Below are positions 21,481 to 30,776 of a stretch of 64,000 bases of DNA, one piece after another (within the stretch, counting starts at the first letter, position 1; each line of letters opens with the position of its first letter). Position numbers and translations under genes: made by a program. The stretch covers positions 8,764 to 72,763 of the forward strand of contig JBIIRM010000004.1 in NCBI GenBank assembly GCA_044341565.1, read 5' to 3'. Below the pieces are notes generated by a model, which was not told where the DNA came from, did not search any database, and worked only from the letters and a program-made list of their open reading frames with translations. The DNA comes from Minisyncoccia bacterium. Its GTDB lineage: Bacteria > Patescibacteriota > Minisyncoccia > SW-4-49-11.

Positions 21481-21892
21481 GACAAGATTTACATATACCT
21501 TGTATTTCAAAGGAATGTGATATAGGTTTTCCAATATGGGAAATTGAATGTAATAACGGATCAATAAGACATTCATCAATATCAATTATTCTATTACACT
21601 CAGAGCAAGTAAAATGATGATGATGGGGTAGGAATTGAGAAGATAATTCATAAGAGGTCGCTTTTTCTCTATAAATAGCATCTATTAATTGAATACTATG
21701 AAGTTTTTCTAAAATACGATGAATTGTGGATAAGTCAATTGAATTATGATTGTCTTTTAATTGAGTATAAATAGACTTTGCTTCTATAGGAGTTTTGGTC
21801 TCAATAATAGTATCAATTACAACCCTCATATGCTGTGTTAAGCGAATATGAGATTTTTGAATATAGGTATATACCTTGTCATTAATAGACAT
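21473..21892 (-). CDS. Fur-family transcriptional regulator
   Basis: 139 aa; winged-helix N-terminus and metal-site motif HHHHFTCSECNRII...CKSC. Confidence 0.7.
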   Translation of the reverse strand: MSINDKVYTYIQKSHIRLTQHMRVVIDTIIETKTPIEAKSIYTQLKDNHNSIDLSTIHRILEKLHSIQLIDAIYREKATSYELSSQFLPHHHHFTCSECNRIIDIDECLIDPLLHSISHIGKPISHSFEIQGICKSCQK

Positions 21893-21905
21893 AGAGTGAA
21901 ATTAT

Positions 21906-21979
21906 TGGCAGGCACAGTAGGAATCGAACCTACGACGATGGTTTTGGAGACCATTGTTATACCATTTAACTATGCGCCT
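21906..21979 (-). tRNA. tRNA-Trp (anticodon CCA), CCA encoded
   Basis: Reverse complement folds: acceptor AGGCGCA/TGTGCCT, D-stem GTTA/TAAC, anticodon stem ATGGT/ACCAT loop CTCCAAA, T-arm GTAGG-TTCGATT-CCTAC. Confidence 0.8.
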
Positions 21980-22077
21980 AAGTTATCTTAGTTTATCAGT
22001 AAAATATACTTTTGACAAGTAATATTGTTGACATCAAAACAGATATTTGATACTATTAGATAGTAGTTATATATAAA

Positions 22078-22153
22078 GCGGGTATCGTATAAAGGCTAAT
22101 TATCTCTGCCTTCCAAGCAGATGATGAGGGTTCGATTCCCTCTACCCGCTCCA
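22078..22153 (+). tRNA. tRNA-Gly (anticodon UCC), CCA encoded
   Basis: Nearly identical in architecture to classical glyT: GCGGGTATCGTATAAAGGCTA...CCTTCCAAG...GGGTTCGATTCCC...CCCGCTCCA. Confidence 0.9.
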
Positions 22154-22168
22154 ATTATAAAGATAAAA

Positions 22169-23314
22169 ATGAAAATAAAAATGAGATATAAATATACAAT
22201 AGTAGGAATATTTATTATAATAGGATATTTTATTTCATTTAATACATCTACAGCATTAGACGGTAGGTTTGATAATAAGGCTGGAATTCCTGATGCTGCG
22301 CCAATAATTATAGCCCCACCTACCACTTTACCTAATGCTGGGACTAATACCACAGCTGAAAATCAAAGAACTGCAACACCTCCGATAACTCCTAATACGC
22401 CAATACCAGGGCAACCAGTTCCTCAATCAACAGTAACCCAGCCTACTAGTACTGGAGGAGGTCAAGTAACTTATCAATCTTATACTAATTTTCCTGGAGT
22501 GGGGCGAATAGGTAATTTGTGCCAACTTATTACTGCTCTCTGGTATCTTGGATTTGCAACTCTCTTTACTGCGGTACTCGGTATGTTTATATATGGAGGA
22601 TATATGTATGTGACTGCGGGAGTGAATGCAGGGAAAGTTAATCAGGCGAAAGAAATATTTACCAATACCATCATAGGTCTGATTATTGGACTTTCCATAT
22701 TTATTATTATTAATATTATTAATCCAGGATTATTACAAGGGAATTGTAGTGTCCCATCTCCTGGAGCAGGAGGGCAAACTCTAGGAGGGCCATCAGGGAC
22801 ATCTAATATTCAACCAAAGCCAGGAGAAAGTGTTTTTCCTGTTACGTTTTCTTATCAAGGGCCTTCTGGAGGACAAGCCTATGGAGCACCAAGAAGATAT
22901 GGCCCACATTCTGGGATAGACTTTACTCCTTGTTGGGATTCTCCCGGGGGATCTCCATATACGAGAGCAGGATGGGAAAGTTTACCTATATTAGCTTTTA
23001 GAGATGGTACTGTAACTCAGATTAATGAAAGAGGATTAAATGATGTTAGAATTAGGCATGCTGATGGGGTTGAAACTAGATATAGTCATAACAGTAGAAT
23101 TTTAGTCTCTGCAGGTCAGGAGGTCAAAGCAGGGCAAGAGATTGCTAGATTGGGTGAAAAAGGAGCAGAAGGGGCACCACATTTACATTTAGATGTGTTT
23201 ATAAATGGATCTACAGTGAATCCAGCTAACATTTTATTAGGGAGTTCTAAAAATCCAGATCCTTCTAAGGTTAAAACTACAGGTAGTCCTAAATCTGGAT
23301 GTGCAGGACTATAA
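22169..23314 (+). CDS. membrane-anchored M23 (LytM-type) peptidase with VirB2/TrbC-pilin-like N-terminal two-helix module
   Basis: Start moved to ATG 22169 (track start 22121 lies inside tRNA-Gly); signal anchor, Pro/Thr-rich linker, hairpin with YMYVTAGVNAGK motif, then M23 motifs (GPHSGIDFT, HLHLDVFINGSTVNP). Confidence 0.65.
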   Translation: MKIKMRYKYTIVGIFIIIGYFISFNTSTALDGRFDNKAGIPDAAPIIIAPPTTLPNAGTNTTAENQRTATPPITPNTPIPGQPVPQSTVTQPTSTGGGQVTYQSYTNFPGVGRIGNLCQLITALWYLGFATLFTAVLGMFIYGGYMYVTAGVNAGKVNQAKEIFTNTIIGLIIGLSIFIIINIINPGLLQGNCSVPSPGAGGQTLGGPSGTSNIQPKPGESVFPVTFSYQGPSGGQAYGAPRRYGPHSGIDFTPCWDSPGGSPYTRAGWESLPILAFRDGTVTQINERGLNDVRIRHADGVETRYSHNSRILVSAGQEVKAGQEIARLGEKGAEGAPHLHLDVFINGSTVNPANILLGSSKNPDPSKVKTTGSPKSGCAGL

Positions 23315-23387
23315 CACATTATATTTGAATTTTCACCAAAATCAGCGTATACTATAAAAATAGATTAAATGATAGAAAATAGTATAT

Positions 23388-25988
23388 ATGACTTTTTTAC
23401 AAAAAATATTCGGAGATCCAAATGCGAAAACATTATCCAAAATCCAACCAATTGTAGACCAAATTAATTCTCTAGAAAATACCTATAAAGATAAGTCTGA
23501 TGAGGAAATACGGGCTGAAATAACAAGGCTTAAATCAGAAGTACAGGAGAAGGGTATTCATCTTGATGAAGTGCTTGCTCCTACTTTTGCTCTTGTGAGA
23601 GAAGCTTCTCGTCGTACTCTTGGACAAAGACATTTTGATGTACAGTTAATTGGAGGTATTGTATTACATCAAGGTAAAATTGCTGAGATGAGAACAGGAG
23701 AGGGTAAAACCTTGGTAGCAACTTTACCAACGGTATTGAATGCTCTTACAGGACGAGGAGTTCATGTTGTAACAGTAAATGATTATCTTGCAAAGCGAGA
23801 TGCTGTTTGGATGGGACAAATTTATCATTTTTTAGGGTTATCTCTTGGTATTGTTACAGGAGAGGGAGCATATCTCTATACCGAAGTTCCTTCAGAGGAT
23901 AAAGAAAGAGATGAAAAAGGTTCTTATGAGGTGGGACAGGAGTTTTTGATTAAGGTAGGTCGAAAAGAAGCCTATGCTGCTGATATTACTTATGGAACCA
24001 ATAATGAATTTGGTTTTGACTATCTGAGAGATAATATGTCAACTTCTGAGGCTAATATGGTACAGCGAGAATATTATTTTGCTATAGTTGATGAGGTTGA
24101 TAGTGTTTTGATTGATGAGGCTCGAACTCCACTTATTATCTCAGCTCCTGATGCTGAGTCTCCAGCTTTATATAAAACATTTGCTAGCTTAGTACCTAAT
24201 CTCAAGCCAGAAAAAGATTATACGGTAGATGAAAAAATGCGTACCGTTAATATTACCGAATCAGGTATAGATAAAGTTGAAAAATCTCTTAATATTACCA
24301 ATATCTATGAGGAAAAAGGGTTAGCTTTTGTTCATCATTTGGAACAGGCTCTCAAGGCTCAAGCTTTATTTCATCTTGATAAAGAATATGTAGTCAAAGA
24401 TGGAGAAATTATCATTGTGGATCAATTCACGGGTCGTATGACTCCGGGGAGACGTTATTCTGAGGGATTACATCAGGCACTTGAAGCAAAGGAAGGAGTT
24501 GCTATACAACAAGAATCTAAAACATTAGCAACAATTACTTTACAGAATTATTTCCGTATGTATGATAAGTTAGCTGGTATGACAGGAACAGCTGTTACCA
24601 GTGCTGAGGAATTACATAAAGTATATAAATTAGATGTGGTAATAATGCCTACTAATAAGGAAATCAAAAGGCAGGATTTAGCTGATGTAGTATATAAAAA
24701 TGAAAAGGCAAAATTTACTGCAATTGCAAAAAAAGTCAAAGAGGTTTCTGAACTAGGTCAACCAGTATTGCTTGGTACAGCTTCTATTGAAAAAAGTGAG
24801 GAGCTTGGTAAGGTATTTGATAAATTTAAGCTTAAATATACTATTTTGAATGCAAAACAGCATGAGGCTGAGGGACTTATTATTGCAGATGCTGGGAAAA
24901 AAGGAGCTATTACCATTGCCACCAATATGGCAGGAAGAGGTGTAGATATTAAGCTTGGAGGAGCTAATGCTACAGAAGAGCAAAAACAAGAAGTATTAGA
25001 GCTTGGAGGATTATATGTTATTGGAAGTGAGAGACATGAAGCTCGTCGTATTGATAATCAGTTAAGAGGTCGCTCTGGTCGGCAAGGTGAGGCTGGTATT
25101 ACTCAATTTTATCTTTCTCTAGACGATGAGATTATGCGAATTTTTGGTGGAGAGAGAATTAAATCTTTGATGGAGCGATTTAATTTTCCTGAGGATGAGC
25201 CAATTGAAAATGTGCTTATTGCAAAGTCAATAGAAGGTGCTCAGACCAAAATTGAAGGATTCCATTTTGACTCCCGTAAACATTTACTTGAATATGATGA
25301 TGTTATCAATAAACAGCGTGAAATTATTTATAAAAAAAGACGAGATATTCTCTTGAATCAAATTGATATTAAATCACAAACTTCAGAGTTAATTCGAGAA
25401 AATATCTATAGAATTGTATCGTTCTATACGACTATTGAAAGTACTCGAGAATGGGATTTGAAGTCAATCGGAGAGGATATTCAAGGACTTATTGGTAATA
25501 CTATTGACTTCAATTCTACTTTAGAGAATATTCGAGATCAAGAGGGTACTATAGAGACGAAAAAGCAATCTATGATTGAAACTTTAGTGGAAATTATTGA
25601 AGGTATTCTTTCTAAACGATTTGAATCAGTAACTGATGAGCAGTATCAAGGAGTATTGAATTCAGTATATATTCAGACTATAGATAATCTTTGGATGGAA
25701 CATTTAGAGGTAATTGATTATTTAAAAACGGGAATTCGGCTTCGTGGTTATGCTCAGCGAGACCCACTTATTGAGTATAAAAATGAGGCATTTATGCTAT
25801 TTGAAAAATTATTAACCTCAATTCGAGATAATTATATTAATACCATTCTAAGAATTGAGCCAACTCCTCAAATAGCTCAAAATATTACTGTCCCAAGCCC
25901 TATAGGAGAATCTGTCCCTCGAGTAGGCCGGAATGACCCTTGTCCTTGTGGAAGTGGAAAAAAGTATAAAAAATGTCATGGTAAATAA
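23388..25988 (+). CDS. secA: preprotein translocase ATPase SecA
   Basis: 866 aa; Walker [19 protein letters not shown]-like [19 protein letters not shown]-terminal zinc finger [14 protein letters not shown]. Confidence 0.95.
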   Translation: MTFLQKIFGDPNAKTLSKIQPIVDQINSLENTYKDKSDEEIRAEITRLKSEVQEKGIHLDEVLAPTFALVREASRRTLGQRHFDVQLIGGIVLHQGKIAEMRTGEGKTLVATLPTVLNALTGRGVHVVTVNDYLAKRDAVWMGQIYHFLGLSLGIVTGEGAYLYTEVPSEDKERDEKGSYEVGQEFLIKVGRKEAYAADITYGTNNEFGFDYLRDNMSTSEANMVQREYYFAIVDEVDSVLIDEARTPLIISAPDAESPALYKTFASLVPNLKPEKDYTVDEKMRTVNITESGIDKVEKSLNITNIYEEKGLAFVHHLEQALKAQALFHLDKEYVVKDGEIIIVDQFTGRMTPGRRYSEGLHQALEAKEGVAIQQESKTLATITLQNYFRMYDKLAGMTGTAVTSAEELHKVYKLDVVIMPTNKEIKRQDLADVVYKNEKAKFTAIAKKVKEVSELGQPVLLGTASIEKSEELGKVFDKFKLKYTILNAKQHEAEGLIIADAGKKGAITIATNMAGRGVDIKLGGANATEEQKQEVLELGGLYVIGSERHEARRIDNQLRGRSGRQGEAGITQFYLSLDDEIMRIFGGERIKSLMERFNFPEDEPIENVLIAKSIEGAQTKIEGFHFDSRKHLLEYDDVINKQREIIYKKRRDILLNQIDIKSQTSELIRENIYRIVSFYTTIESTREWDLKSIGEDIQGLIGNTIDFNSTLENIRDQEGTIETKKQSMIETLVEIIEGILSKRFESVTDEQYQGVLNSVYIQTIDNLWMEHLEVIDYLKTGIRLRGYAQRDPLIEYKNEAFMLFEKLLTSIRDNYINTILRIEPTPQIAQNITVPSPIGESVPRVGRNDPCPCGSGKKYKKCHGK

Positions 25989-26003
25989 TATAAAATCATA
26001 AAT

Positions 26004-26795
26004 ATGAAAAACTGGATAAATAAAAACCCAAAGCTCGTATTCCCAATAGGATTATTCTTATTCCTCGCAATAGGGGGCTCATATATATATTTTATTCTCC
26101 TCGAGAAGCCAGATACTAAAGTTACTGATTTTAAATCTTGTACAGAATCCAGTAAAGGTATTATTAGAGAAATTTATCCAGCTCAATGTGTATATAATGG
26201 AGTGACATATACCGAAGAAATTGTTACACAACCGAATGACATTAATCCAAATGGTGAAGGTATTAATCTAGATTTACCAGAAAATGAAAAAGCTCAAATT
26301 GAAGCTTGGCTTGAGAAGAATAACTATAATCAATATGGAGATAAGACAGATACGGTATATTTAGGAGGTACTCCACTTTTTGATGAAGCTAAAGGTACTT
26401 ATATCAAATTATATGATTATTTAGTACAAAAATATCCTGATAAACCATGGCTTATAACAACAAATCAGCCTAATGAGAATTCTAGTAATACAAATCCTGA
26501 AGTGAAATCATTCACTACAGTAAAAAATTGGCTCAACTTTACTGATCCAAACTTTGAATTGCAATATCCTGATTTTGTAGATGTAGCTAATCAAAATGGA
26601 TATCCTGTAAAATTCAGTAATGAAGATGGATTTGAATTTGTGATTTATGTAGATAGCAAGGCTCCCCAATATGCTGCTGGTACTTGTGATAAAAAAGCAG
26701 ATGTAGATGCATTGGGAGTATATTTGTGCTATAATAAAACTAAAGCATATCAAGAATTATATCAAAGAATATTGGATTCATTTGTAGCAAGATAG
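26004..26795 (+). CDS. N-terminally anchored hypothetical protein
   Basis: 263 aa; single TM near N-terminus; its last 15 codons are part of the 84-bp direct repeat. Confidence 0.4.
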   Translation: MKNWINKNPKLVFPIGLFLFLAIGGSYIYFILLEKPDTKVTDFKSCTESSKGIIREIYPAQCVYNGVTYTEEIVTQPNDINPNGEGINLDLPENEKAQIEAWLEKNNYNQYGDKTDTVYLGGTPLFDEAKGTYIKLYDYLVQKYPDKPWLITTNQPNENSSNTNPEVKSFTTVKNWLNFTDPNFELQYPDFVDVANQNGYPVKFSNEDGFEFVIYVDSKAPQYAAGTCDKKADVDALGVYLCYNKTKAYQELYQRILDSFVAR

Positions 26796-26830
26796 AGGAG
26801 ATAGTATATGTATAAAACTCGTAAGTTAGA
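26747..26830 (+). repeat. 84-bp direct repeat, copy 1 (3' end of gene 26004-26795, spacer, first 8 codons of amine oxidase)
   Basis: 81/84 identical to 28292-28375. Confidence 0.85.
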
Positions 26831-28154
26831 GTTATATGATGTTGCTATCGTTGGTGCAGGAGCGGCTGGGATAATTGCGGCTGAAGTTCTAGTTAAGAAA
26901 GGTCTAAAAGTTTGTGTTTTAGAGGCTCGTGATAGAATTGGGGGGCGCTTAAAAAGTGTCAAAACTAATTCTGGTGCATTTGTTGAGCTAGGTGGTCAGT
27001 GGCTTGCGATGTCAGGGCAAAAGCGACTCGAAGCACTTGTAAAAAAATATAAATATGAACATTTTATTAATTCAACAAAAGGATATGTTTTTTCAGAAGA
27101 TTTGAATGGTTTACAAAAGCTTCCAAAAGGCTCTATTCCTTTATCTTTTGTTGGAAAAATTGATTCTTTGCGGTTTAGATATTATCTTTCAAGAAAGATT
27201 AAAGATGTAAATCTTGAAACTATAGAAGAACATAAGGAACTTGATCAGATAGATATTCAGAGTTGGTTGAATAATAATCTATGGACTAAAGATTCAAGAG
27301 AATATTGGAGAATTCTTTTTGAGCAGGCACTATGTTGTGAGATTAGTAATGTATCTGTCCTTGAGGGTTTATTGAATTTAAGCACTATCGGAGATTTTGA
27401 TTTACTTGAAAAAGCTGACCACTTTTATTTTAATAAGGGTCTTTCAAACCTTTTTTCCAAGATAGTTAAAGATAATGATATAGAAGTTCGCTATAACTCT
27501 GAAATCACTCATATCAATCAGGGTCAAGATTCCGTTACTTTGCGCGGAAGTTTTGGTGAGATAAAGTCAAAATTTGCATTAGTCGCTGTTCCCCCGCAGG
27601 TTTTTTCTCGGATTTCATTTGAACCAAAACTATCTGAAGATTTAGATAAAGTAATTCATTCTTTTCAACAAGGTAATGTCGTAAAAGTTGTCGCATTTTA
27701 TAAAGAACCTTGGTGGAGAGATATGGGGAATTCTGGACTAATACAGTCGCAGGTTGGTCCTTTTGATTTTATCATCGACTCGTCTTTTCCAAATTTACAA
27801 GAAGGGGTTTTAGTGGGGCTTGCTGTAAGTACCTATGCAAAGAAACTCGAAAACTTATCTGACTCTGAAATAAAAGAAAAATTTATCGAACAGGTAAATA
27901 GAACACATAGGGCTTCGTACCAACCACTAGAGATTCATTGCATGAATTGGATAAATGAAAAATTTACTTTAGGTGGTTATTCTTCTCGTCGAAAAATAGG
28001 AGATTGGTCTTTGTACGGAGATATTCTAGCGCAGCCACAAGCAAGGATTTTCTTTGCCGGAACAGAATCTGCAAGACAGTGGAGAGGATACGTAGAGGGA
28101 GCGCTTGAGTCAGGCGAAAGACAAGCAAATATCATTGCCAAAAAGTTAAAATAA
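26808..28154 (+). CDS. FAD-dependent amine oxidase family protein (flavin monoamine/polyamine/L-amino-acid oxidase-like)
   Basis: 448 aa; dinucleotide-binding VAIVGAGAAGIIAAEVL...LEARDRIGGR; C-terminal amine-oxidase-like ...FFAGTESA..W.GYVEGALESG; GC visibly higher than flanks. Confidence 0.7.
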   Translation: MYKTRKLELYDVAIVGAGAAGIIAAEVLVKKGLKVCVLEARDRIGGRLKSVKTNSGAFVELGGQWLAMSGQKRLEALVKKYKYEHFINSTKGYVFSEDLNGLQKLPKGSIPLSFVGKIDSLRFRYYLSRKIKDVNLETIEEHKELDQIDIQSWLNNNLWTKDSREYWRILFEQALCCEISNVSVLEGLLNLSTIGDFDLLEKADHFYFNKGLSNLFSKIVKDNDIEVRYNSEITHINQGQDSVTLRGSFGEIKSKFALVAVPPQVFSRISFEPKLSEDLDKVIHSFQQGNVVKVVAFYKEPWWRDMGNSGLIQSQVGPFDFIIDSSFPNLQEGVLVGLAVSTYAKKLENLSDSEIKEKFIEQVNRTHRASYQPLEIHCMNWINEKFTLGGYSSRRKIGDWSLYGDILAQPQARIFFAGTESARQWRGYVEGALESGERQANIIAKKLK

Positions 28155-28291
28155 ATTTTGATGTATAAATACTAAAAAATCGATTTTAAATACAACCTTT
28201 TAGATCTAATTATTAAATTTAAAAGCAAGTCTACTTATACTATAAATATAAATGTTAAATCTCTATATTTATGATATAATAGAAATGAACA

Positions 28292-28375
28292 ATATCAAGA
28301 ATTATATCAAAGAATATTGGATTCATTTGTAGCAAGATAGAGGAGATAGTGTATGTATAAAACTCGCAAATTAGA
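28292..28375 (+). repeat. 84-bp direct repeat, copy 2 (non-coding remnant plus first 8 codons of M16 peptidase gene)
   Basis: 81/84 identical to 26747-26830; both downstream genes therefore start MYKTRKL. Confidence 0.85.
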
Positions 28376-29627
28376 TAATGGGCTTACTATAATTGGTATT
28401 CCATTAAAAGATTCTAAAACTACTACGGTATTAACCTTGGTAGGTGTTGGATCTAGATATGAATCTGATCAAGAGAAAGGTTTATCTCATTTTCTAGAAC
28501 ATATGATGTTCAAAGGTACACAAAAAAGACCTAATGCAAAAATTATTGCTCAAGAATTAGATGGACTTGGAGCTTCATATAATGCTTTTACTAGCTATGA
28601 ATATACCGGATATTGGGTAAAAGTAAGAAATCAAAAAAAATATATAGCTCTTGATATTATTGCGGATATTTTCCAAAATTCTCTTTTACAAGAAAGCGAT
28701 ATCAAAGTAGAGCGAGGAGCTATTACCGAAGAGCTTAATATGTATTTAGATATGCCAACAAGGCAAATACATAGTGATTTTCAGTCTCTCTTGTATGGAG
28801 ATACCCCTCTCGGGAGATCAATTATTGGGACTCGAGAATCAATTCATTCATTTACCAGACCAGATTTTATTGAATATGTTTCTCAAAAATATGTAATAGG
28901 GAATACCTATATTATTATTGCGGGTGAAGTAGATACTGCTATTATTGATAGGGTAGAGGACTCCTTTCGGCATGCTCGCAATCAAAAAGATATACCGACA
29001 AGAGATATTATTACTATCAATCAAAAAGCTCCACAAGTTGCAATTAGGACTAAGAAAACAGATCAAACTCATTTAATGCTCGGATTTCATATTCCATCTA
29101 TTCATAATGAGGAGAGATATATTGCTACAATAGCAAGCACTATATTAGGAGGATATATGAGTTCACGCCTATTTACTGAAATTCGAGAAAAGAGGGGATT
29201 ATCCTATTATATTCGAGCTGATAGTCATCATTTTGATGATACCGGCGTATTTAGTATTAATACTGGTGTTCAGAATACCAAAGTTATTGAGACGGTAAAG
29301 CGAATAGTACAGGAATTACAACATATGAAAAATTTACCGGTATCAGATAAAGAATTATTGATAGCAAAAGAACATATAAAGGGTCAAACTGTTATGGAAT
29401 TTGAGTCCAGTGATGAGATAGCAGCTATTATTGGGATGAATGAATTATTATTAAAACAACCATTTGATTTAGACAAAGAAATGGAATTATATGGAGCTGT
29501 TACCAAACAGCAAATTCTTGATTTTCTACAGCAATATGCTCAATCACAATATCTCAATTTAGCTTTGATTGGGGATATTTCGGCTTCTGAGAATACAAAA
29601 TTAGAGAATATACTTGCAAGTTTATGA
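28353..29627 (+). CDS. M16-family zinc metallopeptidase (pitrilysin-like)
   Basis: 424 aa; inverted zinc motif HFLEHMMFKGT (HxxEH) and downstream E. Confidence 0.8.
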   Translation: MYKTRKLDNGLTIIGIPLKDSKTTTVLTLVGVGSRYESDQEKGLSHFLEHMMFKGTQKRPNAKIIAQELDGLGASYNAFTSYEYTGYWVKVRNQKKYIALDIIADIFQNSLLQESDIKVERGAITEELNMYLDMPTRQIHSDFQSLLYGDTPLGRSIIGTRESIHSFTRPDFIEYVSQKYVIGNTYIIIAGEVDTAIIDRVEDSFRHARNQKDIPTRDIITINQKAPQVAIRTKKTDQTHLMLGFHIPSIHNEERYIATIASTILGGYMSSRLFTEIREKRGLSYYIRADSHHFDDTGVFSINTGVQNTKVIETVKRIVQELQHMKNLPVSDKELLIAKEHIKGQTVMEFESSDEIAAIIGMNELLLKQPFDLDKEMELYGAVTKQQILDFLQQYAQSQYLNLALIGDISASENTKLENILASL

Positions 29628-30772
29628 TATATCTAGATAATCAATCGAGTACTCCAATTCATCCTGAAGTATTAAAAGTAGTGACTCAAGTTATGCAGGA
29701 TAATTTTGCTAATCCTCATAGCCAGCATTCAGGAGGGCAACAATCTATGCATATTATTGATACAGCTCGACGCATTATCACTGATTATTTAGGTATACAA
29801 TTCTCAGAATTTATTTTTACCAGTGGGGCTACGGAAAGTAATAATATTGCAATACAGGGAGTAATCTTAAAAGCTTTACAGACAAGAGAGCAAATTGAAA
29901 TAATTACAACCCCAATAGAGCATAGTTCGGTAATAAATACCATAGAGGCTCTCAGAGATGAATATCCAGAAAGAATACATATCAAACTAATTCCTATTGA
30001 TGAGACCGGTATTGTAAAAGTAGAAGATATACAAAATTTACTAACTGATAAGACAGTATTAGTTAGCATTATTCATGCCAATAATGAAATAGGAACCATA
30101 CAGCCAATTAGAAATATTGGAAGAATGCTAAAAAAATATAATCCTGAATCAGTATATCCACTTTTTCATTCCGATGGAGCTCAAGCAATTTGGTCAGAAG
30201 ACATCAATTTACATTATGCTAATCTTGACCTATATAGTATATCGGGACATAAAATGTATGCCCCCAAAGGTATAGGAGCCTTATTTATCAAAAAAGATAC
30301 CCCTATACAAGCAATTACCTATGGGGGTGGGCAAGAATATTCTATGCGACCAGGTACACTTAATACTCCCCTTATTGCAGGGCTCGGAGAGGCATTCAGT
30401 CTACTCACTATTCCAGAGCATAAAGAATCATTAGATAAAGTGAGGCTTTTGAGAGATACTCTCTTAGATAAATTATTAGCTCTTGAAGCTATACAATTAA
30501 ATGGAGATAGAGAAAATCGATTACCTCAAAATATTAATATAGCAACCACAAAAAAATCAGATAGTCTTGTAATTACAGCTGATTTAGAAGGGCTTGCTAT
30601 CTCTGCAGGATCAGCTTGTCATAGTGGAGCCACTCAAGAATCCTATGTTATTCAGGCAATTAGTCCACCTGATTCTCATGCCTCAACTCAAAGTATACGC
30701 ATTTCATTTTCTCAATATACTACCGAAGAAGAAATAGAAAAAGCCTATACCATTATCAAATCATTAATCTAA
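29624..30772 (+). CDS. cysteine desulfurase (class V aminotransferase, IscS/NifS/SufS-like)
   Basis: 382 aa; PLP-lysine motif SGHKMYAPKGIGALF, active-site Cys region GSACHSG; 4-bp overlap with upstream gene. Confidence 0.8.
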   Translation: MIYLDNQSSTPIHPEVLKVVTQVMQDNFANPHSQHSGGQQSMHIIDTARRIITDYLGIQFSEFIFTSGATESNNIAIQGVILKALQTREQIEIITTPIEHSSVINTIEALRDEYPERIHIKLIPIDETGIVKVEDIQNLLTDKTVLVSIIHANNEIGTIQPIRNIGRMLKKYNPESVYPLFHSDGAQAIWSEDINLHYANLDLYSISGHKMYAPKGIGALFIKKDTPIQAITYGGGQEYSMRPGTLNTPLIAGLGEAFSLLTIPEHKESLDKVRLLRDTLLDKLLALEAIQLNGDRENRLPQNINIATTKKSDSLVITADLEGLAISAGSACHSGATQESYVIQAISPPDSHASTQSIRISFSQYTTEEEIEKAYTIIKSLI

Positions 30773-30776
30773 ATAT

